Shown: positions 14,335-28,914, counted from the first letter of the stretch. The stretch: DNA of 64,000 bases from Glaucostegus cemiculus (GCA_976551045.1 CDPCPM010000026.1:4960001-5024000), one strand, 5' to 3'. Translations and numbers: made by a program. Notes: a model not told the origin generated them from the sequence alone.

Positions 14335-14810
14335 CTGGTGACACAAGAGGCTACAGACATTCCCCACACATTTCACCCACCAGCTCTCCCCTACTCTCCC
14401 ATCTAAGTCCTGGTTCCTTGTGCCTTTAATCTCTCCCCTAATGGTTCCCATTATCACCTTCCTTATACCGGATTCCAGCACTGGTAGCTTATGTGTTCCT
14501 GCTTATCACCCTCCAGTAGTTGTCTCCACCTTGACCCTCCCCTCCCAGCTCCATCTTCCTCTTTTTTATGTCTGCCTCCATCTATTATCCCCCTGCCTCT
14601 TTCTTCCCAACTCCACTCCTCCTCCTCCACTACCTGACTCAATCTGCCCAACATCCAACCCCCTCCCCAGTCCACCAATCACCTCTGGCCTCATCACTCC
14701 CCCCTCAACTTTATACTGGCCATCTCCCTTCTCCAGATGCATGGTTTCAACCCAAAATATCAACACCGAGTTCCTCCAGCTAATTATGCTGGTGTTTTCT
14801 TTGGAACAAT
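14335..14810 (+). mobile_element. Penelope-like element 3' pyrimidine-rich tail and terminal remnant
   Basis: C/T-rich low-complexity tract ending in cagatgcatggtttcaacccaaaatatcaac...ttcctccagc, a decayed form of the Penelope terminal motif seen at 38.0 kb. Confidence 0.55.
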
Positions 14811-15289
14811 GAAGTATGAGGGAAGATTTGTTCATGTATGGAAGGGGAAACAGGAATGACTCTTTTCCCTTCCCAGAGAGGACAATGTTATGGGTATAGA
14901 TGGCATAGATTTAAATTAGTTAACTGAAGATCTAGCCAGTTAAGGGGGAAAAAAAATATGTGGATGTCTGGAACTTGCCATCTGTAAAAGGTGACAATAA
15001 CAGAAAGATTTATGCAATAAAAGAGTATTGCGAGGAGTAAGTTTGGTGGTGGTACAGTGACTAAATTATCAGACTAGTAATCCAGAGAATACAGCTCGAC
15101 TCCCATCATTGCAACTGTGCAACTTAAATTAACAATCTGGAATACTTTATCTGCTCAGAGGACAGTCCACATGATGTTGGGGAGCACCATAATAGTGCTA
15201 AATGGGCCAGGCACAGGACAGACCTGGCAGCTCAAAACTCGGCTTCCATGGAGGATCTACAGACCACAAGCAGGAGCAGAAAAATATTC

Positions 15290-15640
15290 AATCACAACCA
15301 CAGAGGTCTTGCATACTCTACTCTACAATTACTATCAGCCTGGGAATTGACCCATTTCACTAAGCAGTGCAGAAGACCATGTCATGAGCAGCACCTGGCA
15401 TAACGGAAAACAAGATTCAACCCTGCAAGGCTGAAACATAGGATTACGTGAAGGCTAAACAGTAAAAACAAGATAGAGAAGACAATGGCAAGCAACATTA
15501 TAATCGACTGATCAGATCAAAGCTCTGCATCTAGTTGTGGATGGTGGTCGCCAATTAAACAATTCATGAGAGGAGAAAGTTCCAAGAACATCCCCATTCT
15601 CAATGATAGCTGCGCCGAGCACGTGAATACCAAGCACCAT
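15290..15640 (+). mobile_element. CR1/L2-clade LINE internal fragment
   Basis: gatcagatcaaagctctgca...catccccattctcaatgat resembles the reverse complement of 22335-22445 and 1200-1320. Confidence 0.6.
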
Positions 15641-15984
15641 ATCCAAAAAGTCAATAAATTTAAAAAAAACATACACGATTTTGGACCAGAGCTGGAAAGA
15701 GCTTAACAAAGTCCATTTTCAACCAAGCTGGTACAATAGGTCGAATGACCTCCATTTGAGCAGCAACTTTTTCCATATCTGCATTCAACTTTGCATTTGA
15801 CACATATGCCTAACTTAAGCATGTATACAAACTGAAATGTTCACAGTTAATTTTCCAGGAAGAGAGGTAATTCTGAGAATATACTGGCAGGTTCACTGTT
15901 TGTCAAGTAATATTATTTTGTAGACTTTTTTGTTCAATGGAAGTCAAAGAAATGTTACTCATTTTTTGAAAACATAAGGAAAGG

Positions 15985-16410
15985 ACAACTGCCTGGTATG
16001 GAGGCTCCAATGCGCAGGATCAAAAGAGGCTGCACAGGGTTGTAGACTTAGCCAGCTCCATCACAGGCACAACCATCCCCACCATCGAGAAGATCTTCAA
16101 GAGGCAGTCCCTAAAGACAGCGACATCCATCATTAAGGACCCTCACCATCCAGGACATGCTTTCTTCACTTTACTACCATCAAGGAGGTGGTACAGGAGC
16201 CTGAAGGCTCACACTCAATGTTTCAGGAACAGCTTCTTCCCCTCTGCCATCAGATTTCTGAACAGTTCATGAACCCATAAACACTACCTCATTATTCCTC
16301 ATTTACACTATTTATTTTTATAACTTAGTAATTTTTATGTCTTTATGTCTTGCACTGTACTGCTGCTGCATGATATGTATCAGTGACAATAAACCCAATT
16401 CTGACTCTGG
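15985..16410 (+). mobile_element. Rex/Babar-type LINE 3' end (same subfamily as 9903-10552)
   Basis: Close reverse complement of 9903-10340. Tail AATAAACCCAATTCTGACTCTG. Confidence 0.85.
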
Positions 16411-18493
16411 GAAAAATCCTAACTGAATTAATCAATGTATTCCAATTTGATAATAGAATTAGTTTAGAGAATGCTAAGCTTTCAGATTTTTGACTAATTT
16501 TTCACAAAGGATTTAGGGAGAAAAGCTTTTTTTATGCATTGAGAGATAAAAGGATAATGCCCCCACAACTTTTAAAATGCAACAAGAAAAAAGAAAGTGG
16601 AGATGTAACAAGCTAGGTTTTAAGGTGACAAAACAAACAGGCAGAGTGGGTGAGATGGGGTTAGCATGGGAGAGAGGGCACATATGTGGGAGGCAGGAGT
16701 GGATCCTTGATTTATATAATCCTAAATCTTCCATTTCATTCAGTTGCTAAAAGGAAAACAAACCTAAATCTTTTCAAAATGAGAATAATTTTCTCAATTG
16801 TTAAAATTGAGCACCTTGAATCTCTTCCTCAACACATGGAAACCCAATGAAAACAGCTGAAGGAATGTATCATCTCCCATACTCACACCATCGGGCACCA
16901 CCCACCCACCTGTGGCAGTCCATGGAACAAAACAAGCATCATCAGCCACTTAGAACCCACAGAACTGAAGTGGAAGTTATCCTCTACCCTGCCTGAAGTA
17001 GGGAAATAGTAAAGGTAAAAGGGTGAGTATCACTGCCTCAGTGAAGACTGCAATGGAACACACTCTTTATTTACTCATCGGTCAGACCTCTAGGGTCGAC
17101 AGGAAAAACAAGCGAGATTACATTAGTGATAGGAAGGACAATGCAAATTCTCTCCTGAACCTGACAAGGATAGATGGATCAAGGGACAATTGGACAGCCA
17201 ATGGAATGCAATAAGTAAAGGACTGTCATGGGAAATCATCCTATGACAGTGACTAATTAACTTACACTATCTCTGTACTCCTCAAACAAGACCACAAGGG
17301 TCCCCAAGAGGAAATGAGAGTGTGAAGATAGCCAAGCCTACTACTACATTGTTACATAGAAATTATGTCACAGGCATCGCACAACGTTTCCAATTGTTCT
17401 AAAAATATGTGCAACACCAGAATCATGAGCAAACCCAAAAGGAACGTTTTAATCTATAATCAAAATGAGGCAAGATTATGCAACTGTATTCAAATACAAG
17501 ATTAAAACCACCACATGTGCAGAATTTGATGAATACTTTTGCTTCCTTTCCTTGCAAGGTTCCCAAATGCAATCAGCCTCAATGATAAAAATGCCATTTT
17601 TTAAAAAAAGTTAAGCGAAATCAATTAAAATGTCAGAGGCAAAATACACATCCAGATAATATTTTAAAAAAGTGTTATTTAACTCTTATCAAAATGTATA
17701 CATAATTTCAATGCAAAGCACTCAGAGGAAAACTTTAAAAGTACATCATATAGGTCACCATCTCAGGGTAATGGAAAATAGATTACATTAGATCTTTGCA
17801 CAAATATGCATCATTACGTCTTTACTTTGAACCATTTCTACCTAATATGCCATGCATTTTCTTCCACGCAATACTGTTTCCTAAAAAAATTAATTCATGA
17901 TATCACAGTAATGACATCTGCTAACAGGTAAGAGAAGATTAAACTTTAACACATTGAAACCATAGTAACAAACAATTGTTCTTGCTGCTTTGTTTTCAAT
18001 GCATCAACAGGTGATGGTTGACTTGTGAACCTTGTGACATCAAGCACCAATGATAAATAAGATATCCTTTTACAGAATGACAGTAAGAGGTAAAAACAGC
18101 ATGAAAAAATTTTGGTTCTGCTTTCTCTTCACACATAAAACTTTAAGGAACACTTATCTGACAAACAAGCAAAAACTGATGCAAGGTCAATTAAAGCTTA
18201 ATTAAAGCACTGGTGAAATAAAAACTCAGTACTAAATTTTGCAGAATTACATCAATGAAGCAAGTGAACAGAAACTTCCCAGCAACAAATCCCTTACAAG
18301 AAAAGTTTATTACATAATTTTTCAGGAACTATGCTTGAGATATCTTTCCCTCAGTACATTGTTACCAAAGTGGTAAAAGATCTGGAATGCCAACTATAGA
18401 CAAAATTTCACATTTATAAAAGCAAAAATTGATATACAACTAAAACACAAAGGGTAAACAGCTTTTTAATCAGCAATCTAGCAAAATAAGTAC

Positions 18494-18656
18494 CTTAACA
18501 ACTGGGTGTCCTCCAGAAGAAGCCTTCACTGCTCCTCGACTCCCTTCTGTCTCATAGTGAGCCCTGTGATGGGTCTTCGGTTGCATTTCAATCTTTAGAT
18601 CATACTGCATATACTGACTTGGCAAAGGCCAGTCTAAGGAAGGCAACGATGATGTA
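18494..18656 (-). CDS. NFATC3: NFATc3 coding exon 3, start of the Rel-homology DNA-binding domain
   Basis: Acceptor ttttcag|T completes the Arg codon from exon 2. Encodes [15 protein letters not shown]...[26 protein letters not shown], the NFAT DNA-recognition loop. Donor AAG|GTACTT. 163 nt, phase 0. Confidence 0.97.
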
Positions 18657-18734
18657 CTGAAAGTCAAAATATACATATGCTTTAAGTACCCTGCAAAATG
18701 TCATTGAATTTATTTCAACATTACCATCAGAAGG

Positions 18735-18990
18735 ATATTTTAAGTAGAATTTGAGGGATAAGTTTTTCCACATAGGGTGGCAAGTATTTGGAAATAAACT
18801 GCCAGAGGAAGTGCTGAAGGTAGGTATAATTACAACATTTAAAAAAGCATTTGTGTAGGTACGTGGATAGGAATGGCATAGAGGGACACAAGCCTAATGC
18901 GGGCAAATGGGATTAACATGGATAGGCATCACGGTAGGCATTGACAAGATGGGCTGAAAGGGTCATTTCTGTGCTGTATGTTCCGATGAT
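18735..18990 (+). mobile_element. CR1 LINE 3' end
   Basis: aagtttttccacatagggtggcaagtatttggaaataaactgccagaggaagtg ... gggctgaaagggtcatttctgtgctgtatgttccgatg, the CR1 terminal hairpin/tail pattern. Confidence 0.75.
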
Positions 18991-19899
18991 AATCTTACAA
19001 TTAGGTGTAAAGCATCTTTCTTTAAAACATTTATCTTCAATAAGCTTTCTGCTACCGTCTGAAACCATTTTTCTCCTTCCAGCTCAGTTGGCAATACCTC
19101 ATTGGTCAGCAATTCCTTCACTCTGGTAATGCATGACCAGCCATGATACAAAGGACCCTGTGGGGTGAAAATGGTCAAAAACATGGATTTCCCCTTTCCA
19201 AGAGGCACTATGAATGGCAGCAGATTATTAAATGAGGCTAATTAAATGTTTATAGTCATGCTATGTCTGAAAAGACTCAAGGCAAAATATAAACAGTAGT
19301 AAACAGATATTAGATGCCATTGTATTGGTTCAAGTTCAATTTTCTTTCTATGAAGACTTGATCACAACCACGCACAAAGGAGTTCAGAGAGAGACTGGAA
19401 TGGCTCCAAAGTATAAAGACATTCACCACTGGCTGGACCAGTGCACTTCTTGTCATCTGATATGAGCAACTTCCTTACTCTTTCCACACCCCGATAGAGT
19501 ACCAAATCCTTCTGACATCTTAGCCCAGGTCTCTGCACTGCCATCACTAAAAACCTCAGCTTCTTTATCTACTTGTCCTCTCTTAATACCTTTCTTGAAA
19601 TACATTTTTTCCTCACCAACCCATCACTTTGGTAACTATCACTTGGGTTTCAGTAATTATCAAAGCTGCCTTGAAATTATAGAACAGTGCATAAATGAAA
19701 ATTCATCATTTTACATAAATCTAAGCTCAATCAGGCACATGGCATCTTAAAAAGAAGTTGGGTATTTGGTATATTAAAGGTGATTTCTGTGATTGTGTGC
19801 AAACACATTGTTGGCTCAGAGTGATGGAAGTAGACATCTGCACATTTTATATCTACTTGGAGGTATTTGAATTTTTTGCTTTAATTCTCTTATAGTATA

Positions 19900-20325
19900 T
19901 GAGCATCTCATGCCAACCCACAGTTGTCTTAAGGTGGTCCTAAGATCCTTAATACCAGAAGTCCTGCTGAAGATGCTCCTCTTGTTCTATTAAGGGTTGA
20001 CTCAGGTGTGATGAAGAAGTGGGAATGTGTATCAAGTTAGGATGGTACATGATTTGGACAGGAATCTGAATATGATGGCTCTGTGGATCTCATAATGCTA
20101 GCAGAAGTCACAGGTTTGAGAAGTATGTTGTTGAAAAGCTATTGATAAAATAAACTATGCATATTGTAAATACAGTACACGTGGTATACACTACAGCTTT
20201 GATGCACCGTTGATGGAAAAAATGTTCAGGTCAGTGGTTTAAGAGGCCAGAAAGCAAGTCAATCACTATGGAATACTCAGCCTCTGACATGCTTTTATGT
20301 GGCTAATCTGGTTATATTTTCTCAC
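19900..20325 (-). mobile_element. CR1/L2-clade LINE 3' relic
   Basis: Diverged copy of the sequence at 22705-23010 and 56850-57430. Confidence 0.5.
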
Positions 20326-21769
20326 AGAGGCCTAGAAATTCTTGTGCACACAAATGGATGTGCAACCTAGTCACAGAAGCAGCAGACCCAATCACAGTTT
20401 CAAACATGAATCCACTGCATCAATAGCGACTGAGGCACCACAATGCACTACTGAATGGTCATTACACTTTTTTTGTTGTTCATAAGCTGTAGGGGACCAC
20501 AGCCTAATTGAAAGTGTAAGTAAGGTAATTTCTACATTAACTTGTATTTATTTATCGTGCAACTCTATGTACTTAATTTTGATTTAAAATTCAATTTCAT
20601 CTGTTTGGGGGTAGGATTCAGAACTGCTGTTTAAATGAGCTTCCTCTAAGAAACTGCACACAATACAAACAGCAGTCAAATCTTTTTATCAGTTTATCAT
20701 TTAAATAGAACATCCTATTGGGATGAAATCCACTGTATGTTCAATTAACAAAAGAATTTAAAAACTTATACATTTAATATACCATGTGATGTCCTTTTTA
20801 AACATTCTGCCAGCCTGGCTTGAGAACCATACATAGTCATTGAAGACTTGTGCCTGTTCTAGTTAGAGAAAATAAGACGTTGATTGCATTCTCACCAGAA
20901 GAGCCCAGATGAATTGCTTAGATCTGGATGTACCATCATCTGAAGCAATCAGCTTACTATTTTCTAACATCGGATTTTTATGCAGAACAGAGTACTACCA
21001 TAATATGCTGGTGACTTGCACAAAACATTGTTATTCTGCAAGGAGGTTCAGGATTGCAAAGGGATCCATGAGAAAGATCAATTTCATGGGAGTTGCACTA
21101 TAAATAAATGTCAACAGAAATGATCTTATTTACACATTCAATTTGCACTAAGAAATGCATTAAATATCTTGAACGTTCTTATAGTTTGAGCTGATCAAGG
21201 AAATGTTCCACCTAGTCTCTGATACTTGTTAAAAATTAGTAAATTGTTTAATCAGCAACTTCAAATGCTTGAATATTTTATTAATGAAAATGCTGTAAAG
21301 AAAAAGGTACATAAAAGTGCATATGCCAATTTAATTTCATCAAACCATCATTTAATGAGCAGAACTGACCATTTGCTAAAGATCAAAAAATAATAGTTTA
21401 TCCAAAGTTAATCAATAGTTTTCTAACATGAGAATCTTCACTATATTTAACAATAAAAGTTAAAAATTAAAGAAATAACAGAGCAAAAGCCTTCTGGACT
21501 AGAAGCCCCAGGTGTAAAAATCAGCTTTTCCTCATAACTCCAACTTGACCTCTCCACTGTCTCCAATTTGTCATTATTTAGCTGTTGATGCTGGACAAAC
21601 AATCAGAAAATTCCTTTAAATGTTGGGAAAACTAAACCCTTTGTCTTTGGTCCTCAACATCTCTACAAACACCAACCCTCTCCACTTCCCTGGCAACTAT
21701 CTGAAACTAGCCTCCATCCAACATGTTCAATCATTTTCTTTGTCCAAGGTATGATTCAGTGAATTGTTT

Positions 21770-23010
21770 TTCCCTTGGTGCCCAATGATTTAAATGTCAA
21801 GGACAGCATTCTCAGCTCCCCACCAGAATTCATTACTGGTCCATATTTTGGCCAAGGCCATGGCCAAATGATCTTATCAAAAGCCAAAATAAACACCAGC
21901 GAATTGGTTATAGGTGAGATTCGTGCTGCCTAACGACACTATCAAGTATATTTCCATTACTTTGCTGAAAGTAGACTGAATGGGTGGTAATCAGCAAGTT
22001 TGGATTTTTCTTGTTATATGACATTTATCGGTTTGGATATACCTGGACAATTTTTCATATCAATGCATAGGTGTCAGTTTTGAACTGATGCAACTTGGCT
22101 AGTGGCACAGCTGATTCTGGAGTGCAAATCTTCAACACAATAATCAAAATGTTGCCTGGTCCCACAGCCTTTGCTGTAGTCAATGTTTTCATCAGCTTAT
22201 CAAATTGGCCAAAAACTAGCTTCTATGATGGCAGTGATAACATAAGAAAACTGAGATAGATCATCCTCTCAGCACTGAAGATGATAGTAAATGATTCAGC
22301 CTAGTCTTTAGCACTCCCACACTGGACACTACCAATGCTGAGGATGAGATTTTCTTGGAGCCACCTCCACCTCCATTAATTGTTTGCCATCCTTCAGGAA
22401 AGGACGTGGCAGGACTGCAGAGCTTTGATCAGATCCATTCACTGTGGAACTGCTCAGCTCAGTATATTAAATGTAATTTAAAATACATTTAAATATAATA
22501 TAATATACATTTAACTGCTTGCAGCTCTGCCATGTTAGGGCTAATTTTTTTAGGTTTGCATGGTGATACTCTTCCCATGCTCTTCAACTCTCCTGCATGA
22601 ACCAGGACTGGTTCCTCAGTTTGATATTAACGACAGAGTGAGGGACACACTTGGTCATGGAGTTACAGACTGTGCCAAGATACAATTCTTCAATTACTAA
22701 AAACTCACCAGCGATGATGAAGGGAGAGATATTCTTTCAAGTCAGGGTAGTGTGCGACTGGAAGGGAACCTGCAGGTGGCACTGTTCCCTGCTGCCCTTG
22801 CCCTTGATGGTAGAGGTCACAAGTTTTGGAGGTGCTGTTTAAATAGCCTAGGCAAGAAACGGCAGTGCATTTTGTAGATGGGCCACCCTGCAGCCACTGT
22901 TCACCAGTGGTGGAAGGAATGAATGTTTACAGTATCTGATGGAACAAATGAATGTTTAGGGTGTCTGTTGGGATGCCAATCAAGCAGGCTGTCCTGGAAT
23001 CTATTGAGTT
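21770..23010 (-). mobile_element. CR1/L2-clade LINE relic (internal part plus 3' part)
   Basis: Matches in-window copies at 1195-1395, 15290-15640 (inverted) and 56850-57430. Confidence 0.6.
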
Positions 23011-25729
23011 TCTGTATTTCAATGTAGCAATTTTGATAAAATGGAATGGTTTGCATGGTGATTTCAGAGGAGAGCTGCTCTGGTCTGGATTTGTATCTAG
23101 ACCAGCCTGTTGGACCTTAGCAGTCAAATTAACAAATATGGTTATCATTACAGAAGAAAAGTTTTTCATAAAACACCTCTCACTATTTAATTAACCACAT
23201 AACTACTCAGAGTAACTCCCTTACTTAAATTCCCAATTGTTACTGAATTTAAGTTCCTAAACTGGCGGGATTTGAACTCATGGGATTGACAATCCAATAC
23301 TTTGGATAATTTTACCACGACACCTGCTGAAATTCTCTTAAAAAGTCTTTGTTATTTCTAGCCTGGACTACTTCCCTAAATACTTCTGACTTGTGCCTAT
23401 CTCATTCTAATACTAGTAAACTTGAGGACATCCTAAACTCTGTTGCCCACATCCAGACTCTCTTCACACTGTTCATGCATCACTGCAGTGATTGCATGAA
23501 CTACAATGGTTACCAATTAAGCAATGCCTTTATCAAATCCTGTGGTTCAGTTTAACTTTTCTGTTTCCTAATACTCCATAAAGTGCTTAGGTATATTTTT
23601 TGGATGTTAGAGCTGCTGCATAAATAGAAATTATTTATCATTATTCAGAAAAAAGAATTTTACAATACCTACAGTAATCAAGATCAACTTTTACTCTCAG
23701 AACAATTACCTTTGCTCTGAGACTATTTGCATCATAGCTGCTGTATTACAGCTCTATGTCAGGCATCAGACTAAATTCAAATAAAGAGTGTTCAATTTAT
23801 ATTAGCTTTCGTAAGAACTCCAATGTTGTGATTTCCTACCTATTTATTTCTTACCAATAGATCCATAAGTTAGATAAGCAATTTTATCTGACTCACCAGA
23901 TTTACTGCAGTGTCAGAATACCACAGTTTAGTGTCCAATTTACCACCTCAGTCATTTCTATTTAAACAAAATTTCCCAGACCCTTTATAGAAAATGCATG
24001 CAACATCCATGTTTAAATTTGGTATAAAGGTGAACACTGGTATTATGTAGGCCTTGCTCTCATTGCTAAGTAGAAAACAATATATTTAAAATAACATTCG
24101 CTACATTTCTCAGTAGTATTTAGTTGTGTTGGATTATAATACATGTGAAAATTATTTGAAATAAACTATAATGTTTATAATAAAATTTACTTTTTATTCA
24201 GCAGTAGCTGACAAATTTTCCACTTTCAATTAAGATTAAATTTTTTCTCTCATTGATTCTGTTTTTTTCATTATTTATAACTCCATAATTGCTTTTATGT
24301 ACTCTCAAGAGCCTCTGCTAAAGAAAATCATTACAAAGCTTTTAACACAAGACCTTTTGAGTTTTAATAGGCATGGACCAGGCCCCAATGCTACATTAGC
24401 AGAGTATTTTGGCACATGTTTTTTTAAAAATAAGCATCTACTCAGCATTAAACAAGAGTTTAGATGTGGGAACATCCTTTAGAATATAGGGTTTACAGGA
24501 CAGATTAAATTCAGTTTTGATGATACTGATCTTAATCTTATTTGATTTCCTCAGCAATTACAATGCTCTTCTGTACCTGAAGCACCCTACACAGCAGGTA
24601 GTGTCAGATTACAGTAGAAATTACGCACTGCAAAACATGAGGACTACTCTAACCCAATTCGCATCAGTTACTTTCAAAACAAACAGAAAGTGAAACTTGT
24701 TTCCAAATCATACCGCAGTTATTCATCACCTTTGCCAATACATTTCATCTGTGAGAATGAAATCCAAAGCAGAATTAAGATGAAATGACCAAAAACAAAA
24801 TACATCTTAGGAAGTTTCTTGAAAAGAAAGATGGGGAGTGACTAACTAGTTCCAGGGGTTAGTGGTGGAGGAAAAAGAAAAGAATGGTGCAGTGATAAAA
24901 CCTGAATGAAGAATCACTGCCATGAAAAGGTAGAAGGGGAGGCGATACCAAAGCCAGAGCAGTCAGAAAGTAGGCATGGATGGCACTGTAAGGGTAGGAT
25001 AGAGGCTGCATGATGGATGGATTGATAATTAAAGCAAATGTAGAAAGTGCTCACTAATATACACAAAAGCTTCAACGACAGGATGCAAAGGTAGGGGTGT
25101 TAGAGTTCACATGCAGAGATGCTTAGTAAGTTAACAGGAATGTTCCCAGATTACAATAGACATACCACATTCAGTGCTACCCTACAGCTGCTGATACATT
25201 ATAATGCTCTTGGTTCTCCAGTCAAACACTCTCAAGTGTATCCATCTGTTTACTTTATAAAAACAAAGGCATCCACAGACTACATGCTGCTGCACTTTGA
25301 AGCAGTCTGCTCGGAACATGGTGCAAATGAACGGCTCAGTGTGGAGATGCTACGTGTGGGCACTGATGTTGGATGTGCCAGGGCGAGCAGCACATCTACT
25401 CAGCACTGAGATGTGGGGCTTAGGGCTGCACCCTGGCCACCAAGGGGAGTGCGGTCCATTGCTGGGAATTGGCAGCATCTACTCCATACATTGACTGAGG
25501 ACCTAGATCCTTAGATCTCCCTCATCACCACCTATTTCATATAAACAGAAGCTGCATCAGCCTCTGTTTGTGGGCAATTCATTGCTGGATTCACATCAGG
25601 TTTCTGGCACAGCAGCAAGGAGAACAGGGCTTTGCATCAGATTCACAGCACTGCAATGTCATCAGTATTGTATCTCTCTAAATATTATGCAATAATGACC
25701 CCACTTAGCACTGATTCCATACTTCTATA

Positions 25730-26050
25730 CATAATATAAGTGGCCATTGAGGCACAGAGCAATCCCATCAACCCATTCCCCAACTTTGTTCCTACTCTCT
25801 CATACATACCCATTAACGCACCACAATTTTCTTGCCACCCACTGCACTTGGGACAACTTAGTCACCTATTAACCCAATAAGTAGCATCTCTTTTTGGGAT
25901 GTGGGAGGAAGCTAGAGCACCCAGGGAAAAACTTGCACAGTCACAGTGAGAGCATGCAAGCTCCATGCTGACAACACTGAAGGTCAGAATAGAGCCAGGG
26001 CGGCAGAGCTGAGAGACACCTGCATTATCTGCAACACCACTGTGCCAAAT
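25730..26050 (-). mobile_element. V-SINE (HE1-like) tRNA-derived SINE
   Basis: Minus strand: tRNA-like head, V-domain (ggagcttgcatgctctcactgtgactgtg...gggtgctctagcttcctcccacatcccaaa) and CR1-like tail. Similar to 45750-46095 and 61205-61500. Confidence 0.7.
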
Positions 26051-28914
26051 GAGCACTCATTTCTGGGAATGCAACCTGCACATTAAGCGAGTTACCAGTG
26101 CAGTGATTACACTTAAGTATTTAAATTGATTGTGTAACACTTTGGGATATCCAGACATCATAGTAAGTATGTAAGAACCTTGCTTTTTTAATGGAGTTAG
26201 GAATAGATGTGAACTGATAATCACCTGTTATTTTAAAAAGAATATGAATTGCACAGAGAAATGTATTTAATTCCCCTGCAATTTCTTTGGAATTGTCATT
26301 TTCAAAATACAAAACTAATTTGTAACTGCATTGGATATAAGACTGATTACTATGAGGAGATTCTGTAAATTCAACCTGATAATTTGTTAATCTTTACAAA
26401 GGCTGACCTCCCAAAATAATTAGATCAAAACAAATAGGTAAACCATGTGTTCCAGAAGCATATGAGGAAGTAAGCAGCCCGAAGTGATTTATAAATATAA
26501 ATTTTGATTCTTATAAATTACTTTTGATTCTTATAATTACTCATTTTAGTAATCTTTAATTCTTGCTGCCAGGACAATTATTCCAGTTTTATTAAAGAAG
26601 CTTTTTTACAGCTAACCAGCTGTGTCATTGTATTGCACAGTTATGGAATTTTATGATTACTTAAAACAAAATAATTCAACAACATTAAGAAATCTTAAAC
26701 TACATAACAACTTAACCTTCCTTCAGAATCTGCCCCTTCAGCATTTTGTTTGCTGGTATCTGGTTCTGTAAATATAATTTCTGATCCCACAATGTAAATT
26801 ATTTAACCTTCACATGTTTATTTTAGCTGCTGATCTTCAGATTATTTTGCAAAATACAGGCCAAGATTCCCTTGAAAGATTTCAGCAAGTAGCAAATGCT
26901 GAAAAGACACCAAGGGACTAAAACTGTAACAAGCCTGGTATTTTTAGCCTCAAGGTTTCTTGGTACTTAAGTCAATGTATACACTGAAGCCTGTGTTTGA
27001 ACCAGACTTTGGGGTCTTTGCAAGTATAGCTCAAAAGGAAATGTTATTTGAGGAGTGAATATGAAGGTTGAGCTGAACTCTTCTTAAATCACACCTGTTT
27101 CAAACAACACTTCAAAGTAACTTCTGTTTATAATCTTAGGAGAAATCTATTTTGGTCGTTGCACTTTCTGCACAAGCCAAAGTTAAATGCAAGTCCTGAG
27201 ACTATATCGTTAACAGTCTCAAAACCAACAGTTACAATACACATCTGCAAATCAATTACATTTTACTTCTTGAATTAGTTTAGAATTTCTAGCTTTGACT
27301 CATGGAGAAGCTAATTATTTCCACTTCAAATATATTGCACATTTTGCTGTGCTAATGCCAAAAGAAATATACAATGAGTATTATGTAGTAGTTAGGAGTG
27401 GAACAAGTCCATAATACAAAAAAATGCAACATACAAATGTAACTTTAGACTCTGAGAGTTTAAATGTGCGTGGCAGAGTTCCTAATGCTCTAAGACTGTT
27501 CTGAATAAATCAGGAATCAGGCCATTCATTGTTGTAAACAACAGATAGAGGGGTTAAAAAAGAATGTTATAACATTTATTAAAAGATGTTAACTGTACTA
27601 AAGAAAAAAAAGTTTGCTTTTCAGATGGCATGAAAAGGCATTATGCGTAATGATGAACCAAAGCAGAAGAAACAGAGCAATGGGAGATGGCAGTGAGGAA
27701 ACCTTGAGAAATACATTCAACCAGTGCTGGTAATCCCAGCATATGAGGCCTTAAATAGGCCTTTATACCTGAATATACATGAAGATTTCCAGCAGCTGGA
27801 CTTCTTTCATTGAGATTTTGTTACCCTGAAGTCATTTTAACTTCAGAAGCAAACTTGCTATTGATTTTTTTTGGCCAAATAATGATCACTTATCCAAGGT
27901 ACAGAACTATGTGGACCCTTCCCTGATTCAGCACTTTGAATTACAGCATTTCATTCAGAATTGAACACCTTAAGGAAGATAGTTTAAAAGGTCATGTTAA
28001 ATTTGGTTCCTTATTCTAATAAGGAATAGTGCATTTCATGAAGATACAAGAAGGTAAAGAAGAAGGGAAGTGAATAATGGATGCAGAGGATAAAAAAACA
28101 TATTGAAACAGATAGAGGGGGAAGGGGGAGTGGTTGCTGGGAGATAGGTGTGAATTAGCAGAAAGTTAAGGGTAAAGGAAAGGAACTTCACAACCTCACA
28201 ATGCCATGAAATGCTATACTGCTGAAGAAGCACAAGCAGTTGTTTTTGAAGGCCATCCTCACTTTAGAAGACCAGACACTTCTCTGAAAAAAGTCACTTA
28301 TTCCAATACCAGGTGGTGGAGATTGCCACTTGTTCTGAAATTTCAATTCAACGCAAAGAGGCAAGGAACTGGCAACTCACAACTCACCTGTTCTGATGAA
28401 ACAGAAGATGGGCAAATATCAGCAACCTATTGCAATACAGAATGCCTGTCAGCTGCAGTTAGCAGTAGTGAAGGTTCAAGAATTCTGGCACTGAGACCAG
28501 TATAGGGTAGAATGAAAATCACAATTGCTATTTTATTTCAGAACTTCTCAGGAATTAGTCCTGTGGAAGATAAAATGCTGCTTCTATGCCAAGAATGTAC
28601 TTGGAGGTCATCCTAGTCACACAAAAATCAAAAACTTTTATTTTTTTTAAATATACTCTTATTTATCCCATCTCATTTTCCTTTTAAATACGCGAACAAA
28701 TGCCTAATTTCAAACCACGTTCATGAAAATAATTCCATTCATGGAGGGACACATTATTTTGTGCAGTCATGCACGTAGTATCATTCAAAATTCAAGAGGA
28801 GGGAAACCATACAAATTTTTAAACAGTTAATTCAGTGCACGATTATGGGTAACATTAACAAAAATCTATTCATCTTAACTTTGAAATTTTCAACAACTTT
28901 TTGGAATGGAGAGT

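Noticed and set aside
14420-14835. Overlapping Pro/Ser- or Gly-rich ORFs
   Set aside because: Artefacts of the pyrimidine-rich Penelope-like tail.
1-18493. NFATC3 exon 4 and later exons
   Set aside because: No minus-strand sequence encoding the expected LQMFIGTADDR/HAFYQVHRITGK was seen; these exons are probably beyond the window start.
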